Below the pieces are notes generated by a model, which had not been told where the DNA came from, ran no database searches, and was given only the letters and a program-made list of their open reading frames with translations. A DNA stretch of 64,000 nucleotides. Origin: Mesorhizobium sp. GTDB taxonomy: Bacteria; Pseudomonadota; Alphaproteobacteria; Rhizobiales; Rhizobiaceae. The position numbers were made by a program, and so were the translations under genes. The DNA is taken from NCBI GenBank assembly GCA_004020315.1, contig SAQG01000025.1, forward strand, positions 13,919 through 77,918. The letters run 5' to 3'. The number at the start of each line of letters is the position of its first letter. Position 1 is the first letter of the stretch. This document shows, piece by piece, positions 11,378 through 21,911 of the stretch.

Positions 11378-12301
11378 TCAGAACTGGTAGCGACGCAGGC
11401 GCGTCTGAACGAGGAAGAGGTAGACGCAGACGCCGCCAAGGATGATCAGGAACATCATCGTGGCAATCGCCGCGCCCATATTGGGATCGCCGATCTGCAA
11501 CTGGAACCCGAAGAAGGCGCGGTAAAGGAAGGTGCCGAGGATGTCGGTTGAATAGTTCGGCCCGGCCAGCGCGCCTTGCGCGGTATAGATCAGGTCGAAA
11601 GCGTTGAAATTGCCGACGAAGGTGAGGATCGAGATGATGCCGATCGACGGCAGGATCAGCGGCAGCTTGATCTTCCAGAATTGCGACATGCCGGTGATGC
11701 CGTCGCATTCGGCCGCTTCGATCACCTCCTCGGGGATCGACAGCAATGCCGCATAGATCAGCATCATCGGGATGCCGACGAACTGCCATACCGAGATCAG
11801 GCTGAGCGTGGTCAGCGCATATTGCTCCTTGCCGAGCCACGGCGTGAACAGGCTTTTCAGACCGACCAGGTCCATCAGATTCGGCGCCACGCCCCACAGC
11901 GGCGACAGGATCAGCTTCCAGGCGAAGCCGACAATGACGAAGGACAGGATCGTCGGCACGAAGATGGCTGTGCGGTAGAAGGCGGAGAATCTCAGCCGCG
12001 GGCTGGACAGCAGTGCGGCCAGCAGGACGCCGATCGGGTTCTGCACCAGCATGTGGATGATGAAGAACCAGACATTGTTCCGCAGTGCATTCCAGAAGCC
12101 CACGGACCAGTTAGGATCGCCGAACAGCCTGCGGAAATTTTCGAACCCGACGAAGACCTGAGCCTGGTCGATGTTGCGAAACAGCGAGAGCTGAAGCGTG
12201 CCGGCCAGCGGCAGGATCATGATCGCCGTATAGACCAGCACCGCCGGCGCCAGGAAGACGACGATATGCCAGCGGAATGGTCGTTTCGGTGCTGCGGCCA
12301 T
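11378..12301 (-). CDS. Carbohydrate ABC transporter permease
   Basis: FVGFENF, EAAECDG and FDLIY motifs; multiple TM helices. Confidence 0.9.
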   Translation of the reverse strand: MAAAPKRPFRWHIVVFLAPAVLVYTAIMILPLAGTLQLSLFRNIDQAQVFVGFENFRRLFGDPNWSVGFWNALRNNVWFFIIHMLVQNPIGVLLAALLSSPRLRFSAFYRTAIFVPTILSFVIVGFAWKLILSPLWGVAPNLMDLVGLKSLFTPWLGKEQYALTTLSLISVWQFVGIPMMLIYAALLSIPEEVIEAAECDGITGMSQFWKIKLPLILPSIGIISILTFVGNFNAFDLIYTAQGALAGPNYSTDILGTFLYRAFFGFQLQIGDPNMGAAIATMMFLIILGGVCVYLFLVQTRLRRYQF

Positions 12302-12354
12302 GAGTTCGGTCCCCGCCGATCAGGTTCTTGCAATTGCCGCCAAAGGCGCGGCGC

Positions 12355-12524
12355 CTCCTCCCCCTCGAGGGGAGGGTGCCTCGCGAAGCGAGGCGGGTGG
12401 GGTCGGTCAAGGCAGCGCGCCATCGCGGTTTCGACCGCGCCTTCCGGCAACGATAATGTCGCAGCCTGAATCGACCGACCCCCTCTGTCGCCTCCGGCGA
12501 CATCTCCCCCTCGAGGGGGGAGAT
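12355..12524. repeat. Intergenic palindromic REP/MITE-like element inside the ABC operon
   Basis: CTCCTCCCCCTCGAGGGGAGGG...GGGGTCGG and CCGACCCCCTCTGTCGCCTCCGGCGACATCTCCCCCTCGAGGGGGGAGAT arms. Confidence 0.85.
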
Positions 12525-12535
12525 AGCGCTCGTTC

Positions 12536-13795
12536 TTACTTCGCCGGCTTATACCAGCTGTCGAGGCCGTCCTGCAGCTTCTTGGCGGCAGCTTCCGGCG
12601 TGACGGTGCCGTTGATGACGTTGGCGGATTCGACCCATGTCTCGTTTTCGAGGTTTGGCGTACCGCGGCCCAGGATCTGGTAAGTCGAGCGGATCGTCGG
12701 CTTGCACTTGTCGCGCCAGGAGACGAATTCCTGTGCCAGCGGGTCTTCCATCTTTACCGGGGTCGAATTCAGGCTGAAGAAGCCCGGCAACGCGTTGGCG
12801 TAAATGGTGGCGAACTCCGGCGAAGCAACCCAGGACAGGAAGGTCTTGGCCGCATCCGCGTTCTTCGAGGCCGCATTGAGGCCCATGCCGATATCGGTAT
12901 GGTCGGAGATATAGCAGGTGTCGCCGGCCTTCTGCACCGGCGGCGGGAACGCGCCCATCTTGAACTGCGCCTGGGTGTTGAACAGCGCGATTTCCCACGA
13001 TCCGGCCGGGTAGATGGCGGCGCGGCCGAGGGTGAACAGGTTCTGGCTGTCCGGATAGGTCTGCGCCTCGAAGCCGTCGCCGAGATACGGCTTCCATTTG
13101 GCCAGTTCCTTGAAGGGGGCCACCCACTGCGGATCGGTCAGCTTCTGCTCGCCCTTGATCAGCGCCAGACGGCCTTCTTCGCCTTTCCAGTAGTTCGGGC
13201 CGATGTTCTGGTAGCCCATGGTCGCGGCTTCCCAGAGGTCCTTGGTGCCCATCGCCATCGGAATGTAGGTGCCGTCGGCCTTGATCTTGTCGAGCGCGGC
13301 GTAGAACTCCTCATTCGTCGTCGGCACCTTGATGCCGAGCTGGTCGAAGGCGTCCTTGTTGTAGATGAAGCCGTGGATGACGGAAGCCATCGGCACGCAA
13401 AAGCTCGATTTGCCGTCGTCGGTCTGCCAGGCGGCCTTGGCGACATCGGAAAAATTCTCCATGCCGGGCAGCGTCGAGATATCGGCGAGGTTGCCCTTCT
13501 TGAACAGTTCCAGCGACTTGTCGAACGGGCGGCAGGTGATCAGGTCGCCCGCCGAGCCGGCGGCGAGCTTGGCGCCGAGTGCGGCGTCATATTCGGTCGG
13601 TGCCGACGGCGCGAACACCACCTTGATGCCGGGGTTCTTGGCTTCAAAAGCCGGGATCAGCTTGTCCTTCCAGATGGCAAGGTCGTCGCCGCGCCAGCTT
13701 TCGATGTTGAGCGTTACGTCCTGGGCATAGGCCATTCCGGCTGAGCCGAGAACGCTGGTGCCGAGAAGAAGTGCCGTCAGTAGTTTCGTTGTCAT
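12536..13795 (-). CDS. Carbohydrate ABC transporter substrate-binding protein
   Basis: Signal peptide (AYA-Q), FEAKNPGIKV and YNKDAF motifs; first gene of the ABC set. Confidence 0.9.
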   Translation of the reverse strand: MTTKLLTALLLGTSVLGSAGMAYAQDVTLNIESWRGDDLAIWKDKLIPAFEAKNPGIKVVFAPSAPTEYDAALGAKLAAGSAGDLITCRPFDKSLELFKKGNLADISTLPGMENFSDVAKAAWQTDDGKSSFCVPMASVIHGFIYNKDAFDQLGIKVPTTNEEFYAALDKIKADGTYIPMAMGTKDLWEAATMGYQNIGPNYWKGEEGRLALIKGEQKLTDPQWVAPFKELAKWKPYLGDGFEAQTYPDSQNLFTLGRAAIYPAGSWEIALFNTQAQFKMGAFPPPVQKAGDTCYISDHTDIGMGLNAASKNADAAKTFLSWVASPEFATIYANALPGFFSLNSTPVKMEDPLAQEFVSWRDKCKPTIRSTYQILGRGTPNLENETWVESANVINGTVTPEAAAKKLQDGLDSWYKPAK

Positions 13796-13797
13796 GC

Positions 13798-14754
13798 TCA
13801 GTCTCCCTGTTGACCTTTTTCAGGTTCGGTTTTGAGAACAGAGGGTTTCTGCCTCATGCTCCCCTCGATCGCGGAAAGGGCCGGTCGCAGCTTCTGGCCG
13901 GTCCCTTCCAGTATCTTCTCGGCCGCATCGGCGCTGGCGGCGCCGGCGGCGAGCAGAATGGCGGTCTTGACGACGCCGCCGCTCTTCTCGAGCAGGCGCG
14001 CCGCATCGTCCTTGTCGCGTCCGCTGATGGCCGCGACGATGCGCGCCGCACGGTCGCGCAGCTTGATGTTGTCGGCCATGAGATTGACCATATAGCCGTC
14101 ATGGACGTGGCCGAGATGGATGGCGGCCAGCGTCGACAGCATGTTGAGCGCGATTTTCTGGGCGGTGCCGGCGCCCATGCGCGTCGAGCCGGCGATCAGC
14201 TCCGGCGGCGTTTCGAGCAGGATGGCAATGTCGGCCAGCCGAAGCAGCGGCGCGTCCTTGTTGTTGGCGATGGCGATGGTCGCAGCGCCCCGGCGCCTGG
14301 CGTCCTCGATCGCCCTGACCGCATAGGGCGTCGAGCCGCTGGCCGAGACCGCGATCAGGCAGTCGCCCTCGCCTATACCGGCGCCGGCGACCGCTGCCGA
14401 GGCTTCGTCGGCATCGTCCTCCGGCCCACCGGCCAGCGTCTTGAAGGCGTCGTCGCCGCCGGCGATCAGGATGGCGATGCGGTCGCGCTGAATGCCGAAG
14501 GTACCCGGCAGTTCCAGCGCATCGGCCAGCGCCATCAGGCCCGAGCTGCCGGCCGCCGCGTAAGCGAGCTTGCCGCCGCTCTTCAGCCGGCTGGCGATGA
14601 TTTCGGCTGCTTTGGCGATGGCGGGAATGGCGCCGTGCACCGCCTTGGCGGCCTCGATCTGCGCGTTGGCCAAAGAGGAAAGGATGGCGTCCGGAGCCTG
14701 GATGTCCAGCCCCTCGGCATTCTGGTGAAGCGCTTCGGTGCGCGTTTCGGCCAT
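13798..14754 (-). CDS. murQ: N-acetylmuramic acid 6-phosphate etherase-like SIS protein
   Basis: AGSSG, GGPEDD, SASGSTPY and GSTRMGAGTAQKIALNMLST motifs; GGAGGG RBS before ATG 14754. Confidence 0.8.
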   Translation of the reverse strand: MAETRTEALHQNAEGLDIQAPDAILSSLANAQIEAAKAVHGAIPAIAKAAEIIASRLKSGGKLAYAAAGSSGLMALADALELPGTFGIQRDRIAILIAGGDDAFKTLAGGPEDDADEASAAVAGAGIGEGDCLIAVSASGSTPYAVRAIEDARRRGAATIAIANNKDAPLLRLADIAILLETPPELIAGSTRMGAGTAQKIALNMLSTLAAIHLGHVHDGYMVNLMADNIKLRDRAARIVAAISGRDKDDAARLLEKSGGVVKTAILLAAGAASADAAEKILEGTGQKLRPALSAIEGSMRQKPSVLKTEPEKGQQGD

Positions 14755-14779
14755 CCGCTTTCCCTCCAATCCAGAAAAC

Positions 14780-14932
14780 AATACCAAAAAAATACCACTT
14801 GTCCACACGCATTAGCGATTTCCCTGCCCGGAAATCGCTGTACTGACAAAATGCGCAGGTTTTTCAATGAAATACGCCTTAATCTTTTTGAAACGGAAAT
14901 TAATCCTTGGCTATTGGTATTTTATTGGTATT
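14780..14932. promoter_or_regulatory. Two pairs of tandem TGGTATT boxes (NagQ/GntR-type operator candidates) in divergent promoter
   Basis: AATACCA at 14780-14786 and 14791-14797; TGGTATT at 14915-14921 and 14926-14932; 11-bp period in both pairs. Confidence 0.65.
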
Positions 14933-14954
14933 ATCCGCCAGGAGGAGAAATCGC

Positions 14955-15836
14955 GTGAATTTCGTGCTTGGCATCGATGGCGGCGGCACCAGCTGCAGGG
15001 CGGCCCTTGCAACAGTGGAAGGCACCGTCCTTGGCCGCGCCAAGAGCGGTGCGGCCAATATCCGCACCGATCTCACCGGCGCCAGGGCCAACATCGTCGA
15101 GGCGGCGAAGCAGGCCTTTATCGCCGCCGGACAAAACCCCGAATTGATCCCGCAGACCCCCGCCGTCCTCGGCCTCGCCGGCGCCAATGTCGGCACTTAC
15201 AGGCAGCAGCTCGAAGCGGTCCTGCCGTTCAGCATCAGTCGCGTCGAGACCGACGCCGAGATCGCCCTGGAAGGCGCGGTCGGTTCCGGTGACGGGGCCA
15301 TGGCCATTCTCGGCACCGGCACCGCCTACATGGCGCGTAAAAACGGCAAGTCGCGCGCCATCGGCGGCTGGGGATTCCAGGTCGGCGACCAGGGCAGCGG
15401 CGCCCGAATCGGCCGCGACCTGCTCGAACAGACGCTGCTTGCCTATGACGGCATCCGCCAGGCATCGCCGCTGACCCAAGCCATGCTCGCCATCTTCCGC
15501 GACAATCCCGAGGATTTGGTCGAGTTCACCACCAATGCCAAGCCCGGCGACTTCGGCGGCTTCGCGCCCAAGGTCTTCGACCATGCCGCCAAGGGTGACG
15601 TCGTCGCCAACTGGATCCTCGACAAGGCGGTCGCCGATGTCGAGGCCGCACTTGGCGTGCTCGATCTCGGCGACGACGATCCGCTCTGCCTGCTCGGCGG
15701 GCTGGCGCCGCTTTACGCGCCGCGCCTGTCGGCGCGTTACCGAGCGCTGCTGAAGCCGCCGCTCGACGATGCGCTGGGCGGTGCGGTGCAGATGGCGGTG
15801 CGTGTTTTCTCGAGTCCTGCGGAGGCGGCGCGATGA
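14955..15836 (+). CDS. N-acetylglucosamine kinase (BadF/BadG/BcrA/BcrD ATPase family)
   Basis: GIDGGGT, GTGT and GGWGFQVGDQGSG motifs; AGGAGGAG RBS before GTG 14955. Confidence 0.85.
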   Translation: MNFVLGIDGGGTSCRAALATVEGTVLGRAKSGAANIRTDLTGARANIVEAAKQAFIAAGQNPELIPQTPAVLGLAGANVGTYRQQLEAVLPFSISRVETDAEIALEGAVGSGDGAMAILGTGTAYMARKNGKSRAIGGWGFQVGDQGSGARIGRDLLEQTLLAYDGIRQASPLTQAMLAIFRDNPEDLVEFTTNAKPGDFGGFAPKVFDHAAKGDVVANWILDKAVADVEAALGVLDLGDDDPLCLLGGLAPLYAPRLSARYRALLKPPLDDALGGAVQMAVRVFSSPAEAAR

Positions 15837-16615
15837 ACGAAGCCGCCGACCAGATTTTCGCCACGCTGAAACAGTCGTCGCAGAGCGGCACGCCGCTCTA
15901 TCTGCAGCTTAGGAAGAGCATCGAGGATGCGGTCAATCGCGGCCTGATCGGGCCGGGTGATGCGCTGCCGTCCGAACGCGACATCGCCAGCAAGGCCGAC
16001 ATTTCGCGCGTCACCGTGCGCAAGGCGGTGCAGGACCTGGTCAAGGGCGGCATCCTCGTCCAGCGCCACGGCTCCGGCACCTTCGTTGCACCGCGCATGG
16101 AGCGCGTCGAGCAGTCGCTGTCGCGGCTGACATCCTTCACCGAGGACATGGCCCGGCGCGGCATGGCTGTCCGCTCCGCCTGGCTCGATCGCGGCCTCTA
16201 TGCGCCCTCGCCGGACGAGATGATGGTGCTTGGTCTGTCGTCGAATGAATTGGTGGCGCGAGTGGCGCGCCTGCGCATCGCCAACGACACACCGCTGGCG
16301 ATCGAGCGCGCTGCATTGTCGGCCAGTGTGCTGCCCGACCCGGCAGGAATTGGGTCGTCGCTCTACGTGGCGCTGGAAACCACTGGCCATCGACCGGTGC
16401 GGGCGGTGCAGCGCATTTCCGCCGCCAATCTCGGCGACGACGACGCGCGCCTGCTCGAAGTGCCGCCAGGCATTGCCGGTCTGCACATCGAGCGTATTTC
16501 CTATCTGGCGAGCGGCAAGGTGATCGAATTCACCCGCTCCATCTACAGGGGCGACGCCTATGATTTCGTCGCCGAACTCCGGCTGAGCGGGCCGGGTGAA
16601 GAGGGCCGGCCATGA
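15833..16615 (+). CDS. GntR/HutC-family transcriptional regulator (NagQ-like)
   Basis: PLYLQL...LPSER...SRVTVRKA...GSGTFV wHTH plus UTRA domain. Confidence 0.88.
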   Translation: MNEAADQIFATLKQSSQSGTPLYLQLRKSIEDAVNRGLIGPGDALPSERDIASKADISRVTVRKAVQDLVKGGILVQRHGSGTFVAPRMERVEQSLSRLTSFTEDMARRGMAVRSAWLDRGLYAPSPDEMMVLGLSSNELVARVARLRIANDTPLAIERAALSASVLPDPAGIGSSLYVALETTGHRPVRAVQRISAANLGDDDARLLEVPPGIAGLHIERISYLASGKVIEFTRSIYRGDAYDFVAELRLSGPGEEGRP

Positions 16616-17658
16616 GGGCGACGAGCAGCCAAAACGGTGGCACCCATATGCGGCGCGAGATCGAGGAGATCCCGGAGGCCACCGCGCGCCTGCTAGACGG
16701 CTCGGCAGCGGTGCTGACCGAAGCCGGGCGCGGCATCCGCGAGCGCGATCCGCAGTTCATCGTCACCGTCGCGCGCGGCTCGTCCGACCATGCCGCGACG
16801 TTCATGAAATATGCGGTGGAACTGACCGCCGGCCTCGCCGTCGCTTCAGTCGGCCCGTCGATCGCTTCGATCTATGGCGCCAAGCTCAAGCTGGGCGGCT
16901 CGGCCTGCCTGGCGATCTCGCAGTCGGGCAAGAGCCCGGACATCGTCGCCATGGCGCAAGCCGCGCGAGCCGGTGGTTCGCTGACCGTCGCCATCACCAA
17001 CACAGCCGATTCGCCGCTGGCGCGGGCCTCCGATTATGCGATCGACATCCTGGCCGGGCCGGAACGCAGCGTTGCGGCGACAAAGACCTTCGTCAATTCG
17101 GCCGTCGCCGGCCTCGCCTTGATGGCGCATTGCACCGGCGACGATAAGCTTCTGGCAGCACTTGCCCGTTTGCCCGAGCATTTTCGCAAGGCGATCGCTT
17201 GCGACTGGATGGCGCTGGCCAGCGCCCTTGAGATGCAGAAATCGCTGTTCATCCTCGGCCGTGGTCCGTCCGCTGCGATCGCCAATGAGGCGGCGCTGAA
17301 ATTCAAGGAAACCTGCGCCATGCACGCCGAGGCCTATAGTGCCGCAGAGGTCATGCATGGCCCGCTGGCGCTGGTCGGGCCTGATTTCCCGGTGCTGGCG
17401 CTCGCCGCTCGTGACGCTTCCGAACCGTCGGTTGCCGAGGCCGCCGACAGCCTTGCGGCCAAGGGCGCGGCCGTTTTTGTGACCTCGGACAAGGCGAAAA
17501 GCGCTGCGCGCCTGCCGCATGTCGCCACCGGCCATCCGCTGACGGACCCGCTGGCGCTGATCGTGTCGTTCTATGGCTTTGTCGAGGCCTTTGCCCGCCA
17601 TCGCGGGCTCGATCCCGATACGCCGCCCAATCTGCGCAAGGTGACGGAAACCATATGA
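16612..17658 (+). CDS. SIS-domain glucosamine-6-phosphate deaminase (NagB-II type)
   Basis: ARGSSDHAA, ISQSGKSPD, VAATKT, EAALKFKE, EVMHGP and LRKVTET motifs. Confidence 0.85.
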   Translation: MRATSSQNGGTHMRREIEEIPEATARLLDGSAAVLTEAGRGIRERDPQFIVTVARGSSDHAATFMKYAVELTAGLAVASVGPSIASIYGAKLKLGGSACLAISQSGKSPDIVAMAQAARAGGSLTVAITNTADSPLARASDYAIDILAGPERSVAATKTFVNSAVAGLALMAHCTGDDKLLAALARLPEHFRKAIACDWMALASALEMQKSLFILGRGPSAAIANEAALKFKETCAMHAEAYSAAEVMHGPLALVGPDFPVLALAARDASEPSVAEAADSLAAKGAAVFVTSDKAKSAARLPHVATGHPLTDPLALIVSFYGFVEAFARHRGLDPDTPPNLRKVTETI

Positions 17659-18824
17659 GCGACCGTTTTGCCCTGACTGGCGCCCGGATATTCGACGGCG
17701 ACGACTGGCACGACAACGCCGCCCTTGTCGTGCGTGACGGGCTCGTCGAGGCTATCGTTGCCCCCGGCGCCATTCCATCCGGGGTTGCGCGTGTCGAAAC
17801 CGGTGGCGGCATGCTTGCACCGGGCTTCGTCGACCTGCAGGTCAATGGCGGTGGCGGCGTCATGCTCAACGACCATCCCGATGTCGCTTCGATCGAAACC
17901 ATCTGCCGGGCGCACGCGCCTTTCGGCACGACCGCGCTGCTGCCGACGCTGATCACCGACACGCCTGCCATCACCGCAGCGGCGGTTGCCGCCGGAGCGG
18001 AGGCCGCACGGCAAAAGGTGCCTGGCTTTTTGGGCCTGCATCTCGAAGGCCCGCATCTGTCGATCGCCCGCAAGGGCGCGCATGACCCGGCGCTGATCCG
18101 GCCGATGCTGGACGCCGACCAGGCGATGCTGGTAGCGGCGCGGAAAACTCTGCCAGTGCTGCTGACCACGATCGCGCCGGAATCCGTCGACACCGTGCGC
18201 GTTTCGGCGCTGGTCGAGGCCGGCCTCGTCGTCAGCCTCGGCCATTCCGACACCGGCTATGCCAAGGCGCGCGCCTTCGCTAGTGCCGGCGCAACAGTGG
18301 TCACCCATCTGTTCAACGCCATGAGCCAGATCGGCAATCGTGAGCCGGGCTTGGCGGGTGCTGCCATCGACACAGGCACATTGTTTGCCGGCATCATCGC
18401 CGACGGCATTCATGTCGATCCCGCCACCATGGCCATCGCGCTGCGCGCCAAGCAGGGCCCGGCAAGAATTTTCCTGGTCACCGACGCGATGGCAACGATC
18501 GGCACCGACATGACGTCATTCACGCTGAACGGCCGCACCGTTTACCGCAAGGACGGCAGTCTGCGGCTTGCTGACGGGACGCTGGCGGGCGCCGACCTCG
18601 ACATGATCTCCGCCGTGCGCTTCGTCCACCGCATCGTCGGACTGGACCTGTCGGAGGCGCTGCGCATGGCTTCGCTCTATCCGGCGCAGGCGATCGGCCA
18701 GTCGCACCGGCTCGGGCGCTTCGCCAACGGCACCGCCGCCGATATTGTTTCGCTGTCGGACGACCTGGAGGTGAAAAGCGTCTGGATCGGCGGGGACAGG
18801 GTTTTCGGAGCCGGCACCAACTGA
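17655..18824 (+). CDS. nagA: N-acetylglucosamine-6-phosphate deacetylase
   Basis: PGFVDLQVNG, HLEGP, THLFNAM, DGIH, VTDAM and LAGA motifs. Confidence 0.93.
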   Translation: MSDRFALTGARIFDGDDWHDNAALVVRDGLVEAIVAPGAIPSGVARVETGGGMLAPGFVDLQVNGGGGVMLNDHPDVASIETICRAHAPFGTTALLPTLITDTPAITAAAVAAGAEAARQKVPGFLGLHLEGPHLSIARKGAHDPALIRPMLDADQAMLVAARKTLPVLLTTIAPESVDTVRVSALVEAGLVVSLGHSDTGYAKARAFASAGATVVTHLFNAMSQIGNREPGLAGAAIDTGTLFAGIIADGIHVDPATMAIALRAKQGPARIFLVTDAMATIGTDMTSFTLNGRTVYRKDGSLRLADGTLAGADLDMISAVRFVHRIVGLDLSEALRMASLYPAQAIGQSHRLGRFANGTAADIVSLSDDLEVKSVWIGGDRVFGAGTN

Positions 18825-18837
18825 GTGCAAACCTTCG

Positions 18838-20364
18838 TCAGCCGGCTTTGGCCGGCGCATAGAGATCCTTGTAAGTCTCGCGCAGCAGGTTCTTCTGCAC
18901 CTTGCCCATCGTGTTGCGCGGCAGTTCGTCGACGAAGATCACCCGCTTCGGGTGCTTGTATTTCGCCAGCCGCCCGGCGATGGCGCCGACGATCTCGGCC
19001 GCGGTGATGGTCGAGGCCGGCGTCCGCACCACGATCGCGGTGACGCCTTCGCCGAAATCCGCATGGGCAACGCCGATCACAGCGCTTTCGGCGACGCCGG
19101 GCAGCGCGTCGATCTCGCTCTCGACCTCCTTCGGATAGATGTTGTAGCCGCCGGAGATGATCAGATCCTTGCCGCGCCCGACGATGTGGACATAGCCGTC
19201 GGCGTCGATCAGGCCGAGATCGCCGGTGATGAAGAAACCGTCGTCGCGGAATTCCGCTTTGGTCTTTTCCGGCATGCGCCAATAGCCGGAAAACACATTC
19301 GGACCCTTCACCTCGATCATGCCGACCTCGCCCTGGGCAAGTGTTTCGCCGCTCTCGGGATCGGCGATGCGCAGCGAGACGCCGGGCAAGGGAAAACCGA
19401 CCGTGCCGGCGCGCCGCTCGCCATCATAGGGATTCGACGTGTTCATGTTGGTCTCGGTCATGCCGTAGCGCTCGAGGATGGCGTGGCCGGTGCGCTCGCG
19501 CCAAGCCTGGTGCGTCTCGGCCAGCAGCGGCGCCGAGCCGGAAACGAACAGGCGGATGTTTCTTGCCGACTGCCGGTTCAAGCCGTCCTGCTGCAGCAGG
19601 CGCACATAGAAGGTCGGCACACCCATCAGGGTGGTGGCGCGCGGCAGCAGCGAGACGATGCGGGCCGGCTCGAATTTGGTTTCGAACAGCATCGAGGCGC
19701 CGGCCATCAGGACGACGTTGGTGGCGACGAAGAGGCCATGCGTGTGGAAAATCGGCAGCGCGTGGATCAAGACGTCTGCGGCGGTGAAGCGCCACTGATC
19801 GACCAGCACCCGCGCATTCGAGGCAAGGTTTTCATGGCTGAGCATGGCGCCTTTCGAGCGGCCGGTCGTCCCCGACGTGTAGAGGATCGCCGCAAGATCG
19901 TCCGGTCCGCGCACCACATCGTGAAAGTCCGAAGACTGCCGCGACGCCTGATCCATCAACGAGCCTTCGCCATTGCCGCCGAGCGTGACTGTGATAGCGC
20001 CCGATGCCTCCGCCAAGGCTCCGATCCCGTGTTCCCTTGTTGGGTCGCAAACGACAAGGCGCGGCTCGGCGTCGTGGAAAAAATAATCGAGCTCGGTCAG
20101 CGTGTAAGCAGTATTGAGCGGCAGGAAGACCGCACCGGCGCGCAGGCAAGCGAGATAGAGGAAAATGGCCTCCGGGCTCTTCTCCACCTGGACGGCGACG
20201 CGGTCGCCAGGTTCGACGCCCAATTGCAGTAGCGCATGCGCCAGTTTCGCGGACCGCGCCAGCATATCGCCATAGGTGATCGAGCGCCCGTCATCCGTCT
20301 CCATCAAAAGACGCTCGGGCGCCGGCATCCGGGCGCGGAAAGCGTCGAACAAATGGTTGCTCAT
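18838..20364 (-). CDS. matB: Malonyl-CoA synthetase
   Basis: YTSGTTGRSKG, LPIFHTHGL, ERYGMTE and GKVQK motifs; adjacent to malonyl-CoA decarboxylase. Confidence 0.88.
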   Translation of the reverse strand: MSNHLFDAFRARMPAPERLLMETDDGRSITYGDMLARSAKLAHALLQLGVEPGDRVAVQVEKSPEAIFLYLACLRAGAVFLPLNTAYTLTELDYFFHDAEPRLVVCDPTREHGIGALAEASGAITVTLGGNGEGSLMDQASRQSSDFHDVVRGPDDLAAILYTSGTTGRSKGAMLSHENLASNARVLVDQWRFTAADVLIHALPIFHTHGLFVATNVVLMAGASMLFETKFEPARIVSLLPRATTLMGVPTFYVRLLQQDGLNRQSARNIRLFVSGSAPLLAETHQAWRERTGHAILERYGMTETNMNTSNPYDGERRAGTVGFPLPGVSLRIADPESGETLAQGEVGMIEVKGPNVFSGYWRMPEKTKAEFRDDGFFITGDLGLIDADGYVHIVGRGKDLIISGGYNIYPKEVESEIDALPGVAESAVIGVAHADFGEGVTAIVVRTPASTITAAEIVGAIAGRLAKYKHPKRVIFVDELPRNTMGKVQKNLLRETYKDLYAPAKAG

Positions 20365-21730
20365 GCATCCCTCTGAGTCTGGGCAGGCGCCGGAAGCCGC
20401 GGCGCGGCCGGTCTCGCCGGTTTCGGCAGCAGGCGGCGCACAGCGGGGGCGGCCGCCACATCGTTCCTGGCGGCGAACAGCTCGTGGTTCTTCTCGATGT
20501 CGTCGAGCTTGTAACGATAATTGACCATCAAGCCATGCGCCTGACGCAAGGCGCGGGGCGACAGGTCGCCGAAAAGATCGATGCGCTCCAGCCGCGCGCC
20601 ATTGCCGAGATGGAACCGGGCGACCGGGTCGATCACCTTGCCGGAGGCGGTGCGGGCGTCGAGGAAATACTGTGCCGCAAGCGGAAGCAGGGCCTGACCC
20701 GCGCGGTCGCGCACGGCAGCGTCAGCGTGCCAGCCCTCGTTGGCGACGAGGTCCTGCACTTCGGCGGCGGAGGGCATGGTTTCGGCCTGTTCGGCCAGCC
20801 AGCGGGCAAAGCCCGGCACCGGGGATAGCGTGACGAAATCGGTCAGGCCGGGAAGATCGCGGCGCAGATCCTCGACCACCTGCTTGATCAGAAAGTTGCC
20901 GAAGGAGATGCCGCGCAACCCCTCCTGGCAATTCGAGATGGAATAGAACACCGCCGTCGTGGCCTGTCGCGGCTGCACCGGCTGCCGCTCGTCGGCAAGC
21001 ACCTCGGCGATCGTCGTCGGCATCGTCCGGGTGAGCGCGACCTCGACGAAGATCAGCGGCTCGTCGCCGAGCTGCGGATGAAAGAACGCATAGCAGAGCC
21101 GGTCGGCGGGCTCGATCCGGCGGCGCAAGTCGTCCCAGGTGTGGATGGCGTGCACCGCCTCGTAGCGGATGATTTTTTCCAGAATGTTGGCAGGCGTCGA
21201 CCAGTCGATCCGGCGCAGCACCAGGAAGCCGCGGTTGAACCACGACGACAAAAGGTGCGTGAAGTCGGCATCGACGATGGCGAGATCGGGTGATGTGGGC
21301 AGCCGGGCCAGCAGATCCTCGCGCATGCGCACCAGCGTCTGATGCCGCCGGGCGCCAGGTTCAGGCGGCGCAGAAGCTCCTGCCTGGCCGGCTCGGCGGC
21401 GTCGTGCAGGGCAAGTGCCGAGCGGTCGTCGGGCGCGGCGCGATAGGCGTCCACCGCGGCGGCAAGTCTGACATGATCGGTGCCGAAACGATCGCGCAGC
21501 ACATGCAGGAAAGCCAGCCTTCCGTCGGCGCCGAGGGTGCGCCAGCGCTCGAGTATTTCCCTTGCATAGGCAACGCCCGACGCCTCGCCCTGGCTGGAAA
21601 GCAGACGGGCGCACAGACGCGCCAGGCTGTCGGCCGAAACCGGTTCGTCACCGCGAACGAGGTTCAGCATCATCCGGCCGCGATCGGCGATGGTGTTCAG
21701 CAGGTCAGCGAAGAAAGGGCTGCGGTTCAT
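20361..21730 (-). pseudogene. matA: Malonyl-CoA decarboxylase, frameshifted by one missing base near 21340
   Basis: N-part (MNRSPFFADLL...LNLAPGGI) and C-part (TLVRMRE...SSWFNRGFL...YEAVH...TLSPVPGF...DPVARFHLGNGA) are in different frames. Confidence 0.8.
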
Positions 21731-21911
21731 CGATCCCAACCGTCGAAGAGGAGCCTGCGGGAGGGTCCGGAGAGGCATTAGGGTGAGACAGAGAATATGG
21801 GACGGCATGTCATAAGCACAAGCGCATCGGCGTCGGCCAACGAATTCCTGACCGGCTGGGGAGAACTGCGCGTGCCGGTGACGGCGCGCTGGTGCGCCGG
21901 CAGCCGCAGCG

